DNA of 64,000 nt from a bacterium (GCA_965261595.1 CBDHDG010000005.1:704452-768451); one strand, 5' to 3'. Shown: positions 1 through 9,927, counted from the stretch's first letter. Notes: generated from the letters alone by a model not told the origin. A program made the numbers and translations.

Positions 1-242
1 AGCCAGCGCCGCGTCCACCATCTCATCGAATTTCCCGTAAAGCGGGTTCTGTGGCGGGGTTTCTTCGTCTTTGTCGTCGTGCTCGGGTTCTTTCTCGTTC
101 ACCCGATAAGCCCCTTGTAGGTCAACCTTTTCCCGAACATCCCGGAGGCGATTCGCCCCAAGCACTCCATGGTGTCGCCTTTCATGTTATGGCGGCCCGA
201 GAACTCGGTCAAGTCCAACATTAATCCAAATATATAAGTCCC
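1..242 (-). mobile_element. Internally deleted IS1595-family (ISNwi1-like) element, left part; continues off the window start
   Basis: Minus strand starts GGGACTTATATA at 242 (resembles ggnnaTTAT ISNwi1-group ends). After ~35 bp it reads EFSGRHN...GMFGKRLTYKGLIG* (stop 99-101), a typical IS1595 transposase C-terminus, followed by an overlapping small ORF (MNEKEPEHDD...). Confidence 0.6.
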
Positions 243-782
243 AAAGGGAATCGTCCCCAACGCGCCGAGGATCAGGATTCCCCCGCTGATCCCCAGACAC
301 CCCTTCCGGACCTTTTTCCCGTTCGCGCCCACCCCTTTCCAGATCGCCAGGAAGAGGAGGATGGCCGCGAGACCGAAAAGACCGTTCGCGAGGAGTCGCC
401 CCCATCCCGAGCCGGCCGGAACGATCAACGGGTGGATGTACCCGGCGATCAGGACCTGAGCCGACAGGACGGCCAGCAGACCCGGGACGGCCCTCCCGGT
501 ATGGCGTCGAGCCCCTGGAATCCACCCCATAACGGCTACGGTCAAGGCGGTGATCGCGCCGAATGCGAGGGTGTTCAGGACCAGGGACGTCAGGAGCAGG
601 TGAAGGACGCTCCACGCGGTAAACACCTGACCTGGGATCGCGGCCGCGAAGATGAGGACGTATGTCTCGATGACGCCGGTGAAACAGCCGGCCGCCGCAC
701 CGGCCGCAACCCATTGGATTGCCCTGTTCAAAGTTTTAACCTTTCCACCGTTGGCCGGGCCATTCAGCCCCCCCCCGCTCAA
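243..782 (-). pseudogene. Multi-TM membrane protein 5' part (sulfatase-anchor-like), truncated by the IS1595 remnant
   Basis: About 5 hydrophobic helices; the frame runs into IS-derived sequence at 242. Start codon uncertain. Confidence 0.5.
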
Positions 783-790
783 AGCCTCAC

Positions 791-819
791 ACTATCTTCA
801 GCCGCGGGCGGAACGTCAA
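791..819 (-). promoter_or_regulatory. Putative sigma70 promoter
   Basis: TTGACG-17 bp-GATAGT on the minus strand just upstream of the membrane-protein gene. Confidence 0.4.
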
Positions 820-950
820 GCCTCATTCCGGAATCTCCGCGGTGCTCGGCCTGGACGTTGGAATTTCCGTCCCCGGGTCGATTTGCTGATATCCTGGGCG
901 GGAAGGGCTTGGCGTGTTCACCCTCCCCCCCCCTCCTTCCCCTCAAGGGA

Positions 951-1757
951 ATGGCGAGAATGGGAATCCTGGATTCACGATGCGCTGTGGTCACCGGCGC
1001 CGGCCGGGGAATCGGCAGGGCCGTTGTGTTGCGTCTGGCGGCCGAAGGCGCCGCCGTGGTTGTCAATGACCTGGAAGCTTCACCCGCCGAGGAGGTGGCC
1101 ACGCGGATTCGGGAGGCCGGGGGGGCAGCCGTCCCCTGCGCGGGGGACGTCTCCGACCCGGAAGACGCCGGGCGAATCGTCCGGACGGCGGCCGAAGCGC
1201 ACGGGAGGCTGGACATCCTGGTCAACAACGCGGGAAACCTTCGTGACTCATTGATCCACCGGATGGATGAATCCGACTGGCGGGCGGTCCTGGATGTTCA
1301 CCTGAGCGGCGCCTTTCATATGATCCGCGCGGCGGCGCCCTGGATGCGCGACGCGGCCAAAGCGGAGCTCGAACAGGGGGAAACGCACCACCGGAAGATT
1401 GTCAACCTGACCTCCGTCGTCGCCCAAATGGGAAATCCCGGCCAGGCGAATTACGCCGCCGCCAAGGGCGGAATCATCGCCCTCACCAAAACCGTCGCGC
1501 GCGAATGGGCCCGTTTCCGGATCAACGTCAACTGCGTCGCGCCCGGCCTTATCCGGACGCGGATGACGGCGGAGAAGCAAAAAGGAGACACCCTGGGGAT
1601 TCCGGCCGAGATCCTCGAAAACCTCCTGGCCGCCGTCCCGGCGGGACGCCTGGGCGAGCCCGACGAGGTGGCGGGGGCCGTGGAGTATCTTTGCGCCCCG
1701 GCCTCGGACTACGTGACGGGGATCGTTCTGGGCGTCAACGGGGGCCTCTACATGTAA
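951..1757 (+). CDS. SDR family oxidoreductase (3-oxoacyl-ACP/CoA reductase-like)
   Basis: TGAGRGIG, NNAG and YAAAK motifs. Start ATG 951 or 960; the ORF-track extension to 432 is spurious. Confidence 0.9.
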   Translation: MARMGILDSRCAVVTGAGRGIGRAVVLRLAAEGAAVVVNDLEASPAEEVATRIREAGGAAVPCAGDVSDPEDAGRIVRTAAEAHGRLDILVNNAGNLRDSLIHRMDESDWRAVLDVHLSGAFHMIRAAAPWMRDAAKAELEQGETHHRKIVNLTSVVAQMGNPGQANYAAAKGGIIALTKTVAREWARFRINVNCVAPGLIRTRMTAEKQKGDTLGIPAEILENLLAAVPAGRLGEPDEVAGAVEYLCAPASDYVTGIVLGVNGGLYM

Positions 1758-1772
1758 TCGCCGGGAGGCAAG

Positions 1773-2564
1773 CTACAAGAGCCTCTTTCGCACCCGCCAG
1801 CTGACAAACTCGCCGACGAAGACCAAAACAATGATGGCCAGGCAAAGAACGCCGGATTTCTGCCACTGAAACTGCTTCACATATAAAAATACGTAGAACC
1901 CGATTCCGCCCGCTCCGACCAGACCCAATATTGTGGAATCCCTCAGGTTCATCTCGAACCGGACGGCCAGATGGGTGACCATCTGTGGCAGCACCTGGGG
2001 GATGAGTCCGTGCTGGATGACCTGGAACGAGGAAGCGCCGGTTCCCTGAAGGGCGAGGAGAGGCTTGGGGTCGGTGGATTCGATTTCTTCCGCGACAAAC
2101 CGCCCGAGCACGCCGATCGAGTGGACGGCGATGGCCAGGACGCCGGGAAACGGCCCCAACCCGACGGCGGAGACGAAGAGAAGCGCCAAAAGGAGAAGCG
2201 GAATGGAGCGGATGAGCGCCATGAAGGCCTTGATGGGGAGATGGACCCAGCCCGGTGTCCAGGTGGAAGCCGCGAGGACTCCCAGCGGGTAGGCCACAAC
2301 AGCGCCCAAGAAGGTTCCGGCGATGGTTGTTTGGAGGGTTTCGACAGATGCCCGGACCAGGACGTCCCAAACCGACCAGTTCGGCGGGGCCATCCGCCCG
2401 AAGAACTTGAAGATTTGGGGAACGCCTTCCCACAACAGGCGGCCGGAGAACTCCGAGCCCCGCAAAGACCAGAAAATCAGCACGCTAACCACCAGCCAGA
2501 GCGTAACCCTGAGCGTCGTCCGTCCATCCGGCGCCCATCCGGTCCGCGCGATCGAGTCGGCCAT
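1773..2564 (-). CDS. phnE: Phosphonate-type ABC transporter permease
   Basis: RSIPLLLLALLFV..VGLGP, FEMNLRDSTILGLVGAGGIG PhnE signature. ATG 2564 has a GGAGGG RBS. Confidence 0.85.
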   Translation of the reverse strand: MADSIARTGWAPDGRTTLRVTLWLVVSVLIFWSLRGSEFSGRLLWEGVPQIFKFFGRMAPPNWSVWDVLVRASVETLQTTIAGTFLGAVVAYPLGVLAASTWTPGWVHLPIKAFMALIRSIPLLLLALLFVSAVGLGPFPGVLAIAVHSIGVLGRFVAEEIESTDPKPLLALQGTGASSFQVIQHGLIPQVLPQMVTHLAVRFEMNLRDSTILGLVGAGGIGFYVFLYVKQFQWQKSGVLCLAIIVLVFVGEFVSWRVRKRLL

Positions 2565-3333
2565 TTCCCTCCCCCCGGGACCAACCCCGGCCATAGATCT
2601 CTTGTATTTTTTCCGTGGACAACTCGTTCGGCGGGCCGTCCCAGATCACCTTCCCCCCGTCCATCGCAATGATACGCCCGGCGAACCGTTTGGCCAATGC
2701 CGGATGGTGGAGGCTCATGAGGAGCGTCAATGGGTGCTGATCGTCGATGGACACCAAGAGCCTCAGGATGTCCTCCGCCAATGCCGGATCAAGGCTCGAC
2801 ACGGGCTCATCCGCCAACAGGATGGTCGGGTCCTGGGCCATGGCTCGGGCGATGGCCACCCGCTGTTGTTCTCCCCCGGACAGCGTCCGGGCCTGCCGGC
2901 CGTTCTTCCCCTCCAGATGGACTTCCTGGATGACGTGGTCGCAAATCCGGCGATCGCCGTCCGCCGGAACCCCGAACGCGCTTCGCAGGGGGGAGGTGTG
3001 CGCAAGCCGCCCATGATAAACGTTCTGCCAGACCGTCTCTCTTCCAATCAGATCAAACTGCTGGTGAATCATCCCAATCCGCCGGTGGAAAATCCGCTTC
3101 CTTTTCCGGTCGCGGATCGGCAGGGTCTCCCCCAGCACTTGAAGATCCCCCCGGGCTGGCGTGATGTAGCCTTTGATCATCCGAAGAAGGGTCGTTTTTC
3201 CCGCGCCGCTGTTTCCGATGAAAGCGACGCGTTCTCCCGCGTAGAGGTTCAGGCGGTCAATGGAGACGAGCGCCTTTCCGTCCGCGAGAAACTCCACCCC
3301 TTCCATTTGGATGATGGCATTGGTTTGGATCAT
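2485..3333 (-). CDS. phnC: Phosphonate-type ABC transporter ATP-binding protein
   Basis: Walker A GNSGAGKT, LSGGEQQRV, LADEPVSSLDP, SLH. Confidence 0.85.
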   Translation of the reverse strand: MIQTNAIIQMEGVEFLADGKALVSIDRLNLYAGERVAFIGNSGAGKTTLLRMIKGYITPARGDLQVLGETLPIRDRKRKRIFHRRIGMIHQQFDLIGRETVWQNVYHGRLAHTSPLRSAFGVPADGDRRICDHVIQEVHLEGKNGRQARTLSGGEQQRVAIARAMAQDPTILLADEPVSSLDPALAEDILRLLVSIDDQHPLTLLMSLHHPALAKRFAGRIIAMDGGKVIWDGPPNELSTEKIQEIYGRGWSRGEGNGRLDRADRMGAGWTDDAQGYALAGG

Positions 3334-4256
3334 TTCAGGAAGCCATATCTGCGCGCCATGTCCGCGACGGGCCTGAACGTGTCGTTGTTGACCTTGACGT
3401 AGCCGTCGGTTCCGTAGAGGGCCCGCACGATGAGGCGGTTCTCAGGGTTGTTGAGCTTGAGCATCGCCCGGATGAATAGGTCGCGAAGCTTGCGATTCAG
3501 GTCCCTGCGGACGACCACCACGTGGCTGGGAATGCGCTGAGATTGTCCGATGACCGCCATGGCGCCGCGTTCTTCGACCCGAAGAAGGTTGATGGCGAAC
3601 TCGCCGACGCCGGCCGCGTTGACGAAGCCGCCGAACACCGACCGGATGGCCTGCTCATCCCCCCCGGCGAAGTACACCCGCCTGAAGAATTCGCCCTCGG
3701 GTTTGTTGAGGCCCCCCTTCGCGAGGCCCGCCCGGATGAAGACGTCGTGCGGGTACATGAACCCGGAGCTGGAAATCGGATCCACGTACGCGATGGTCTT
3801 GCCCTTGAGATCGGCGAGTGTCTTGATGCCGCTGTCCTTCCGGACGAAGATTTTCGAGTGGTAATAGTCTTTGCCGTTATAAATCTCGCCGAGAATCGCT
3901 TCCGCCCCGGTTTGCGCGTTCGCGAGGACGTAGGGCAGGGGCGACATGAAGCTGATGTCCGCTTTGCCGGCATTCAGCGCCTCGACCGCGGAAGAGTAGC
4001 TGAGGGTGATGAAATACCGGATCTTTTTCTCCATCTCCTTCTCAAGAAACCTAATGGCCGGTTGGACGTTGTCCAAGAGCTGCTCTGGATTCTCGAACGG
4101 AATCAGGGCGATCCGAAGAGGCGCGCTCCCTTTCTCGGCCGCATCGGAGCGGGGGGCGGCTAAGGCCGCGATTCCCAGGCAGAGGAAGGTTACGGTCAAA
4201 ACCCTCGCGGCCGATATCACCGCGGCGTTTGTGAAACTGCGTTCCATTGCGCTCAT
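3330..4256 (-). CDS. phnD: PhnD/PtxB-like periplasmic substrate-binding protein
   Basis: Signal peptide, YSSAVEAL, YYHSKIFVRKDSGI, DPISSSGFMYP. The usual GGH motif reads GGDEQ. Confidence 0.8.
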   Translation of the reverse strand: MSAMERSFTNAAVISAARVLTVTFLCLGIAALAAPRSDAAEKGSAPLRIALIPFENPEQLLDNVQPAIRFLEKEMEKKIRYFITLSYSSAVEALNAGKADISFMSPLPYVLANAQTGAEAILGEIYNGKDYYHSKIFVRKDSGIKTLADLKGKTIAYVDPISSSGFMYPHDVFIRAGLAKGGLNKPEGEFFRRVYFAGGDEQAIRSVFGGFVNAAGVGEFAINLLRVEERGAMAVIGQSQRIPSHVVVVRRDLNRKLRDLFIRAMLKLNNPENRLIVRALYGTDGYVKVNNDTFRPVADMARRYGFLK

Positions 4257-4330
4257 TCTTTGTCTCACCTTCTCACCCGGCTCACGCGCTGCCCCGGGCG
4301 ATCGTGCGGATTGAAAGGACACTCCGCGTT

Positions 4331-6292
4331 TTACTCCAGCTTGCCGCTGTTTTTCTGATAAAGCGTCCGGTAGGCCGCAATCTTTGCGTCCGTCTCATCC
4401 GCTTTTCCCGCTTTGTGCGCGGCCAAGGCCTCGCGAAGCATGGACTCCATACGGTTCAGCGTCGGCAGAAGACCTTTGTCCCGCACATCCCATTTGTGGG
4501 CCTGGAGCTCGTCGATGACGGTTTCCAGGAGGACCGTGACGAGATGGGGCTTCTTTCGCTGTTTCAGAAACTCGTACGTCGAGAGGAAGAAGCTGAACTC
4601 CTCCAACTCGGGGGCCAATGTGTAGATGGAGGTTTCGTAAGACTCCACACCGTCGCCGACGGCCTCGACGTAGGCGGTCAGGTCGTCCATCTCCTTCGGC
4701 GTGAGGCCGAGATTGAACTTCCCGTTGAACCATTCGTTCACGGCCCGAAGGGTCGGCAGGCTTCCGTCATGAAAATACGGCTGTGTGAACCTGGCCGAAA
4801 GAAGGGTCGGCGTATCGAACGCGCCGTCGTGCGAGTATTTGTCGAATCCCCCTTTGGCGCTGCCGATGTTGTGCTGTTTGTGGTCGAGGAACAAGGCGGA
4901 GGGGATGTGGCAGCTCGCGCAGCTCTTGCCTCCCATCATCTGCGGAAACTTGCGATGAAAGATCTTCTTGCCCCGCATCGCCGCCGCCGAGACCCTTTTG
5001 CGGTTCAAGGTTCCATCCTGGTTCACCTTGGGATTGGGCAGGAATTCGAACTCATTCATGTAGGCCACGATGGCGTCCACAATCATGGGATCCGGTTCGG
5101 GGCCGTTGAACTCGTTGATGATGGCGTTTCGGGTGAATTCCCGCAACGATGGGAAACGCCCGTTCCGCGTGTAGGGCGCCGTAAAGCGGATGCCGCGCAG
5201 ATCGGGAATGTCGACCGGGTCAAACACGCCGTTGTTGGCGTGAGGGGCGAAGAAGGAACTCGAGACGTCAACGCCTCCTTTGCGGCTCGAAATTCCAGGA
5301 ATGAAGAAGTTCGGGTTTGTGATGCTCTTGTTGTGACAGGTGTTGCAGCTGATTCTCAGGCTTCGGGCGGGCTCCCCGAGGATCCGCGGGCTGTCGAAGG
5401 CCATGTCGCCCAGGGCAATCAGCAGTGTTTCGGATTCGTCAACCCCGCGTGCGGCCATCCCCAGAATCTGGCGGGGGCGGGGAAGCTGCTTGTTGATGTT
5501 TGCGCCGGGAGGAAGGCGCGCGGGCCGCTTCCCGGTCTTCACATACGTCGGACTGGAGACGGGCCTCGGGGCCAATCTTCGCTCCGCTCCGGCGGTGAAC
5601 TTTGAAAAATTCTCCTCGAAGTATGCGGCGATGAGGGAGAGGGACGCCCGGATGCCGCTCGCGTCCATGGATCTGGCCCCCACCTTGAGAACACCCGGCG
5701 TGCCCAACCTCGAGAATGCCTCCAGCCAAGACAGCTGCATGTCTTTCCAGGCGGCGGGATCGTAGTAGGGCAGGGTGTCGGCAAACGCCTTGAAGATCTT
5801 GCGGGCCTCTCGCAGCAGAGGGTCCACCTCCCGCCGACCGGCGGCCGGTCCAATTCTTCGGATCACACGGACGAGCAGGGAAGACATCGCCCGGGTGGAA
5901 AGGGTGAAGGTTATCCGGCGGCCCTTCTCGCGGGCGGCCACCCTATCGGGCTCTTCATCATCCTTGGCGGCGGGTTCCGCGATTTTTCGGGCGTCCTCGA
6001 TTTGAATACGAAATCGCTTCGCGGCGTCGGGGTCGAGCCTTTCGATGGATTTCGCAATGACCTGCATATCACCCCAAACCTGGGACCAGATGACAGGTCT
6101 CAGGTTCAAAAGAAAGGTGGAGCGGCGGTAGGCCGCAACCGCGGGAAGAAGTTTTTCCGGCGGGACGATATCGGCCCGGGCTGGCGCCGGCCTCTGGAGT
6201 TGAAGGCCCCAGATGAACAGGCAGAGTCCGACCGCCATCGCCGTTTTCAGGCCTCGGGCCTGTCCGCGGTCCCATTGATTTCCAGTCATCAT
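4331..6292 (-). CDS. Secreted di-haem cytochrome c peroxidase/MauG-family protein with helical N- and C-terminal extensions
   Basis: Two CxxCH motifs (CNTCH, CASCH), PDLRGIRFTAPY, TPTLL...PYFHDGS, signal peptide. Start ATG 6292 or 6289. Confidence 0.8.
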   Translation of the reverse strand: MMTGNQWDRGQARGLKTAMAVGLCLFIWGLQLQRPAPARADIVPPEKLLPAVAAYRRSTFLLNLRPVIWSQVWGDMQVIAKSIERLDPDAAKRFRIQIEDARKIAEPAAKDDEEPDRVAAREKGRRITFTLSTRAMSSLLVRVIRRIGPAAGRREVDPLLREARKIFKAFADTLPYYDPAAWKDMQLSWLEAFSRLGTPGVLKVGARSMDASGIRASLSLIAAYFEENFSKFTAGAERRLAPRPVSSPTYVKTGKRPARLPPGANINKQLPRPRQILGMAARGVDESETLLIALGDMAFDSPRILGEPARSLRISCNTCHNKSITNPNFFIPGISSRKGGVDVSSSFFAPHANNGVFDPVDIPDLRGIRFTAPYTRNGRFPSLREFTRNAIINEFNGPEPDPMIVDAIVAYMNEFEFLPNPKVNQDGTLNRKRVSAAAMRGKKIFHRKFPQMMGGKSCASCHIPSALFLDHKQHNIGSAKGGFDKYSHDGAFDTPTLLSARFTQPYFHDGSLPTLRAVNEWFNGKFNLGLTPKEMDDLTAYVEAVGDGVESYETSIYTLAPELEEFSFFLSTYEFLKQRKKPHLVTVLLETVIDELQAHKWDVRDKGLLPTLNRMESMLREALAAHKAGKADETDAKIAAYRTLYQKNSGKLE

Positions 6293-6305
6293 CCGTAGAC
6301 TCCAC

Positions 6306-6959
6306 TCAATCGGGCGTCGAGACGAAAATCTCCTCGGAGACCTCGCGGCCAAGGGTGTGCTCGCTCTTTCCGACCTGAATTCGTAAGGGTCCGTTGAAGG
6401 GCAGTCTTTCCAATACGGTGATTTCAACGCCGGGCAGTAGTCCCATGGCGGACAAATACCGCAAGATTTCCGGATTTCGGTCCCGGACACGAATCACCAG
6501 AAGACTTTCGCCGGGCGCCGCTTCGAGCAGGTTTGTCCCCTCGGTCACCATCTTCCCGTCCAGCGAGGGAATGGGATCTCCATGGGGGTCGCGCGTGGGC
6601 CGGCCGAGCTTTTCGAACAGGATGGCCTCCAGCTCTTCGGACAGGGCGTGCTCGAGCTCTTCGGCTTCCGCGTGAACCTGATCCCACGACATGCCGACGA
6701 CCTCCGAGAGGTAGAGCTCGAGCAGACGGTGATGACGCAGGACCTCCAGGGCGACCTTCTCCCCCCGCCCCGTCAATGTCGCTCCCTGATAAGGGGCGTA
6801 ATCCACGAGCTTCATGCCGTGGAGCTTTTTCAACATGCTGGTGACGGAGGCCGCCGAAACCTCCATGGCCTCGGCAATCAGATTGGTGGAGACCAGACCG
6901 TGCTCCTTCTGAAGGATCCAGATGGTTTTGAGATAGTTTTCCAGATATTTCGAAAGCAT
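6306..6959 (-). CDS. mntR: DtxR/MntR-family metal-dependent transcriptional regulator with FeoA-like C-terminal domain
   Basis: ENYLKTI, RHHRLLELYL, EAEELEH, DPHGDPIP, then an SH3/FeoA-like tail. Confidence 0.9.
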   Translation of the reverse strand: MLSKYLENYLKTIWILQKEHGLVSTNLIAEAMEVSAASVTSMLKKLHGMKLVDYAPYQGATLTGRGEKVALEVLRHHRLLELYLSEVVGMSWDQVHAEAEELEHALSEELEAILFEKLGRPTRDPHGDPIPSLDGKMVTEGTNLLEAAPGESLLVIRVRDRNPEILRYLSAMGLLPGVEITVLERLPFNGPLRIQVGKSEHTLGREVSEEIFVSTPD

Positions 6960-6982
6960 GGGTTTCCGTCTAAAAAATAAAT

Positions 6983-7032
6983 TCTTCGATGAGCCTAAAA
7001 AGTAGTTTACGCATCCTTTCTGATTTTGTCAA
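6983..7032 (-). promoter_or_regulatory. sigma70 promoter plus DtxR/MntR-box-like operator
   Basis: TTGACA (7032-7027)-17 bp-TAAACT (7009-7004), followed by the imperfect palindrome TTTAGGCTCATCGAAG, which resembles TTAGGnnnnCCTAA-type boxes. Confidence 0.65.
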
Positions 7033-7341
7033 GTGGCTCGAACCTTAATTTTTCACCTTTTTGAGATGGGGAAGCCGATTCCTCGGCGAATCCCATTGTG
7101 GAAAAACCGCTTGGGGGCGGAGAGGATTGCGACCCGGCCCAGTCAGGGTGTATACCAAAGAAACGATTGAGTCCGGCCCGTTGCGCTCGGGTTGCGAGTC
7201 CCCTCCGAGGAGGGGTCCGGCCCGAAGAATGGACCCGCGGGGAGGTTCCCGCCGGAGTTGGCTTGCGCGTGTTTTTCGGGGGGCCATGGCCCCCCCCCCG
7301 ACCCCACCGGGAGATCGGGCAATTCTTTTTGGAGAAGAGGC

Positions 7342-8097
7342 GTGATTTTGGACGGGAAAACCGCGATGATCACCGGACCCGCATCGGGGATCGGCGCGGC
7401 GACGGCCGTTCGATTTTCCCGCGAGGGGGCCAATCTGACGCTGATGGACCTCGATGAGGCCGGCCTCCGCCGGATAGAAGCCGAATGTCGCAAGAGCGGG
7501 GCCGGCGTCCTCTCCGTTTCAGGCGACGCCGCCGACCTCGCGGTCATGGACGAGGCCGTTCAAAGAACGGTCGAGACCTTCGGCGGGATCGACATCCTGG
7601 TCAACAATATGGTCCACCGGGTGTACAAACCCTTTTCCGATGTGGCGCCGGAGGAATTCCGGCGGAGTCTGGAGGTCAACGTCGCCGGTTACTTTTTCCT
7701 GACCCAGAAGGTTCTCCCTCAGATGTTGCGGCGGGGCGGGGGAAGCATTGTGAACCTGTCCTCCGTCTTCGGATACGTCGGCTGCCGGGACCTTGCGCCC
7801 TATTGCATCACCAAGGGGGCCGTCGTCAACATGACCCGCGCCCTCGCGTTGGAGCTGGCGGACAACAACGTCCGCGTCAATGCCGTCGCCCCGGGACCCA
7901 TCGAGACGAAGGGCTTGATGAGCGGCGCCATTTCCCGGGATCCCGCCCGGGTGGAGAAGCGCCTGGCGGAGATTCCCCTGCGCCGCATGGGGACGCCGGA
8001 AGAGGTCGCCGAGGTGTGCCTGTTCCTGGCCAGTGACGCCTCCGGCTACATGAACGGCCACAACCTGGTGGCCGACGGCGGGTTCATGACGCACTGA
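7342..8097 (+). CDS. SDR family NAD(P)-dependent oxidoreductase
   Basis: TGPASGIG, YCITK, VNAVAPG, DGG. GTG start follows a GGAGAAGAGG RBS. Confidence 0.9.
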   Translation: MILDGKTAMITGPASGIGAATAVRFSREGANLTLMDLDEAGLRRIEAECRKSGAGVLSVSGDAADLAVMDEAVQRTVETFGGIDILVNNMVHRVYKPFSDVAPEEFRRSLEVNVAGYFFLTQKVLPQMLRRGGGSIVNLSSVFGYVGCRDLAPYCITKGAVVNMTRALALELADNNVRVNAVAPGPIETKGLMSGAISRDPARVEKRLAEIPLRRMGTPEEVAEVCLFLASDASGYMNGHNLVADGGFMTH

Positions 8098-8290
8098 AGC
8101 CTTTCGGCCGGATCCGATGGCCGGGAAGGGCGCGACCCGGCGCTGATTTTGTGTTGATGGAATTCGGGCGCGAAAGCCGCCCCGCCCGGTTGGAAGGCCG
8201 GCATGTTTCGTAAGCCGTCGGGCGAAAGAAGACGGCGGCCTGTCCGGATGACCCGGATTCCCCGCTGAGATGCCGTATGGAGGAGAAGCC

Positions 8291-9889
8291 ATGGCTTCCT
8301 TTGAAGGTGTCATTGTAGGCGCCGGTCACAACAGCCTGACCTTTGGGGCTTATCTCGCCAAGGCGGGCGTGCGGATAGCCGTTGTGGAGCGAAACCCGGA
8401 GATCGGGGGTGGATGCACGACCGAGGAGGTGACGCTTCCGAAGTTTCGCCACAACCTCCACTCCAATTTCTACATCGGAATCGAGGACGCTCCCCTCCAC
8501 GAGGACCTTGAGCTCCACCGGTACGGGTTCCGTCACATCATCCCTCCGGTCCAGAACGCCGCGGTGTTCAGGGACGGGACCTCGGTCATCATTCACCGGG
8601 ACATCGAGAAGACCTGCGAGTCCTTCGCCCGCTTCTCGAAGAAGGACGCCGAGACCTTCCGGACCCTTCACGACCGGTACGCCGTGAGGATGAGGGGCGT
8701 CATCAACTCACTTCTCTATTCCCAGCCGATGCCGCCCGACGAGCTCCGGGACCGGATTCGGGGGGAAGAGGGGGCGGAATTTCTGGCCTACGCCGGTTTG
8801 TCCATGAACGAAGCGGTCGACCGGCATTTCGAAGAGGAGCGCATCCGCGTCCTCTTCAAGCTCTACCTCCACGCCATCACCGTGGAAAACGTGCCGGGGA
8901 CCGGTCTTTTTTTCCCGCTTGTGGTTTCGAACAGCACCCGGATCTCCCTGCCGGTCGGCGGCTCCCTCACCTTCCCCCTGGCGTTGGCCCGGATCATCGA
9001 GGAAAACGGCGGCAAGATCATCAAAGGCCGAACCGTCGAGCGGATTGTCGTCGAGGACGGCGAAGCCCGGGGGGTGGAGCTGGATGACGGGAGCGCCCTG
9101 GAGGCCACCCGCTTCGTGGCGAGCGGGATCGACGCCCCGCGGACGATCCGGATGGCCGGAGAGGAGCACTTCTCCGAGGACGTTGTCGGGAAGATCAGGA
9201 ATTGGAAATGGGGGAGCCACAGCCTGCTGACCCTCCACCTGGCGCTGAACGACGCCCCCCGGTATCTCTCCGAAGGGTTCGACCCGGACGTGAGCCGGGC
9301 CTACAACGTCTTTATCGGGGCGGAAAACAGCGGCGAGATCGATGTATGCATGGACGAGATGAAGGAGGGACGGTTTCCCTCCCAACCCATGGGCAACGGG
9401 TCGTGCAACACCCTGTTCGATCCCGGTTACGCACCCGAGGGTAAACACCTGGCCTTCTGGTGGCCCTTTGCCCCCTACCACTTGAAGGATGGAGAGGGGG
9501 GAGGGCCGGAGGACTGGGACGCCCGGAAAACGGAGTATGCCGCGAGGGTTCTCGATGCCTGGCGACAGTACGCGCCCAACCTGACTGAAAAGAACGTTCT
9601 GGCCACCTTCCTCTTCACCCCCCTGGACATTTCCCGGAGAAACCTCAACATGGTTCAGGGGAGTGTTCGCATGGGTGCCTATTATCCCGATCAACTTGGA
9701 TTCAACCGGCCTCACCCCGAGCTGTCTCATCACCGGACGCCGGTCAAGGGGCTGTTCCTGTGCGGCTCGAGCAATCACGGCGGCGGCGTGAACGGCGCCC
9801 CCGGGTACAATGCCGCCAACACCATCGCTCAGGATCTGGGGTTGAAGCGGTGGTGGACGCCGATGGCCCCCCCCGATTGGCGGGGTTGA
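8291..9889 (+). CDS. Phytoene dehydrogenase-like FAD-dependent oxidoreductase
   Basis: GAGHNSL...ERNPEIGG FAD motif, C-terminal RTPVKGLFLCGSSNHGGGVNG. AGGAG RBS before ATG 8291. Confidence 0.85.
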   Translation: MASFEGVIVGAGHNSLTFGAYLAKAGVRIAVVERNPEIGGGCTTEEVTLPKFRHNLHSNFYIGIEDAPLHEDLELHRYGFRHIIPPVQNAAVFRDGTSVIIHRDIEKTCESFARFSKKDAETFRTLHDRYAVRMRGVINSLLYSQPMPPDELRDRIRGEEGAEFLAYAGLSMNEAVDRHFEEERIRVLFKLYLHAITVENVPGTGLFFPLVVSNSTRISLPVGGSLTFPLALARIIEENGGKIIKGRTVERIVVEDGEARGVELDDGSALEATRFVASGIDAPRTIRMAGEEHFSEDVVGKIRNWKWGSHSLLTLHLALNDAPRYLSEGFDPDVSRAYNVFIGAENSGEIDVCMDEMKEGRFPSQPMGNGSCNTLFDPGYAPEGKHLAFWWPFAPYHLKDGEGGGPEDWDARKTEYAARVLDAWRQYAPNLTEKNVLATFLFTPLDISRRNLNMVQGSVRMGAYYPDQLGFNRPHPELSHHRTPVKGLFLCGSSNHGGGVNGAPGYNAANTIAQDLGLKRWWTPMAPPDWRG

Positions 9890-9927
9890 GGGGGCTTCTC
9901 TGAAAGGCGAATCCAAAGGAGGTCGAG

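Noticed and set aside
2485-2564. 80-bp phnC/phnE overlap as a regulatory device
   Set aside because: The PhnC tail is low-complexity and crosses C-runs; stop loss or an indel is more likely.
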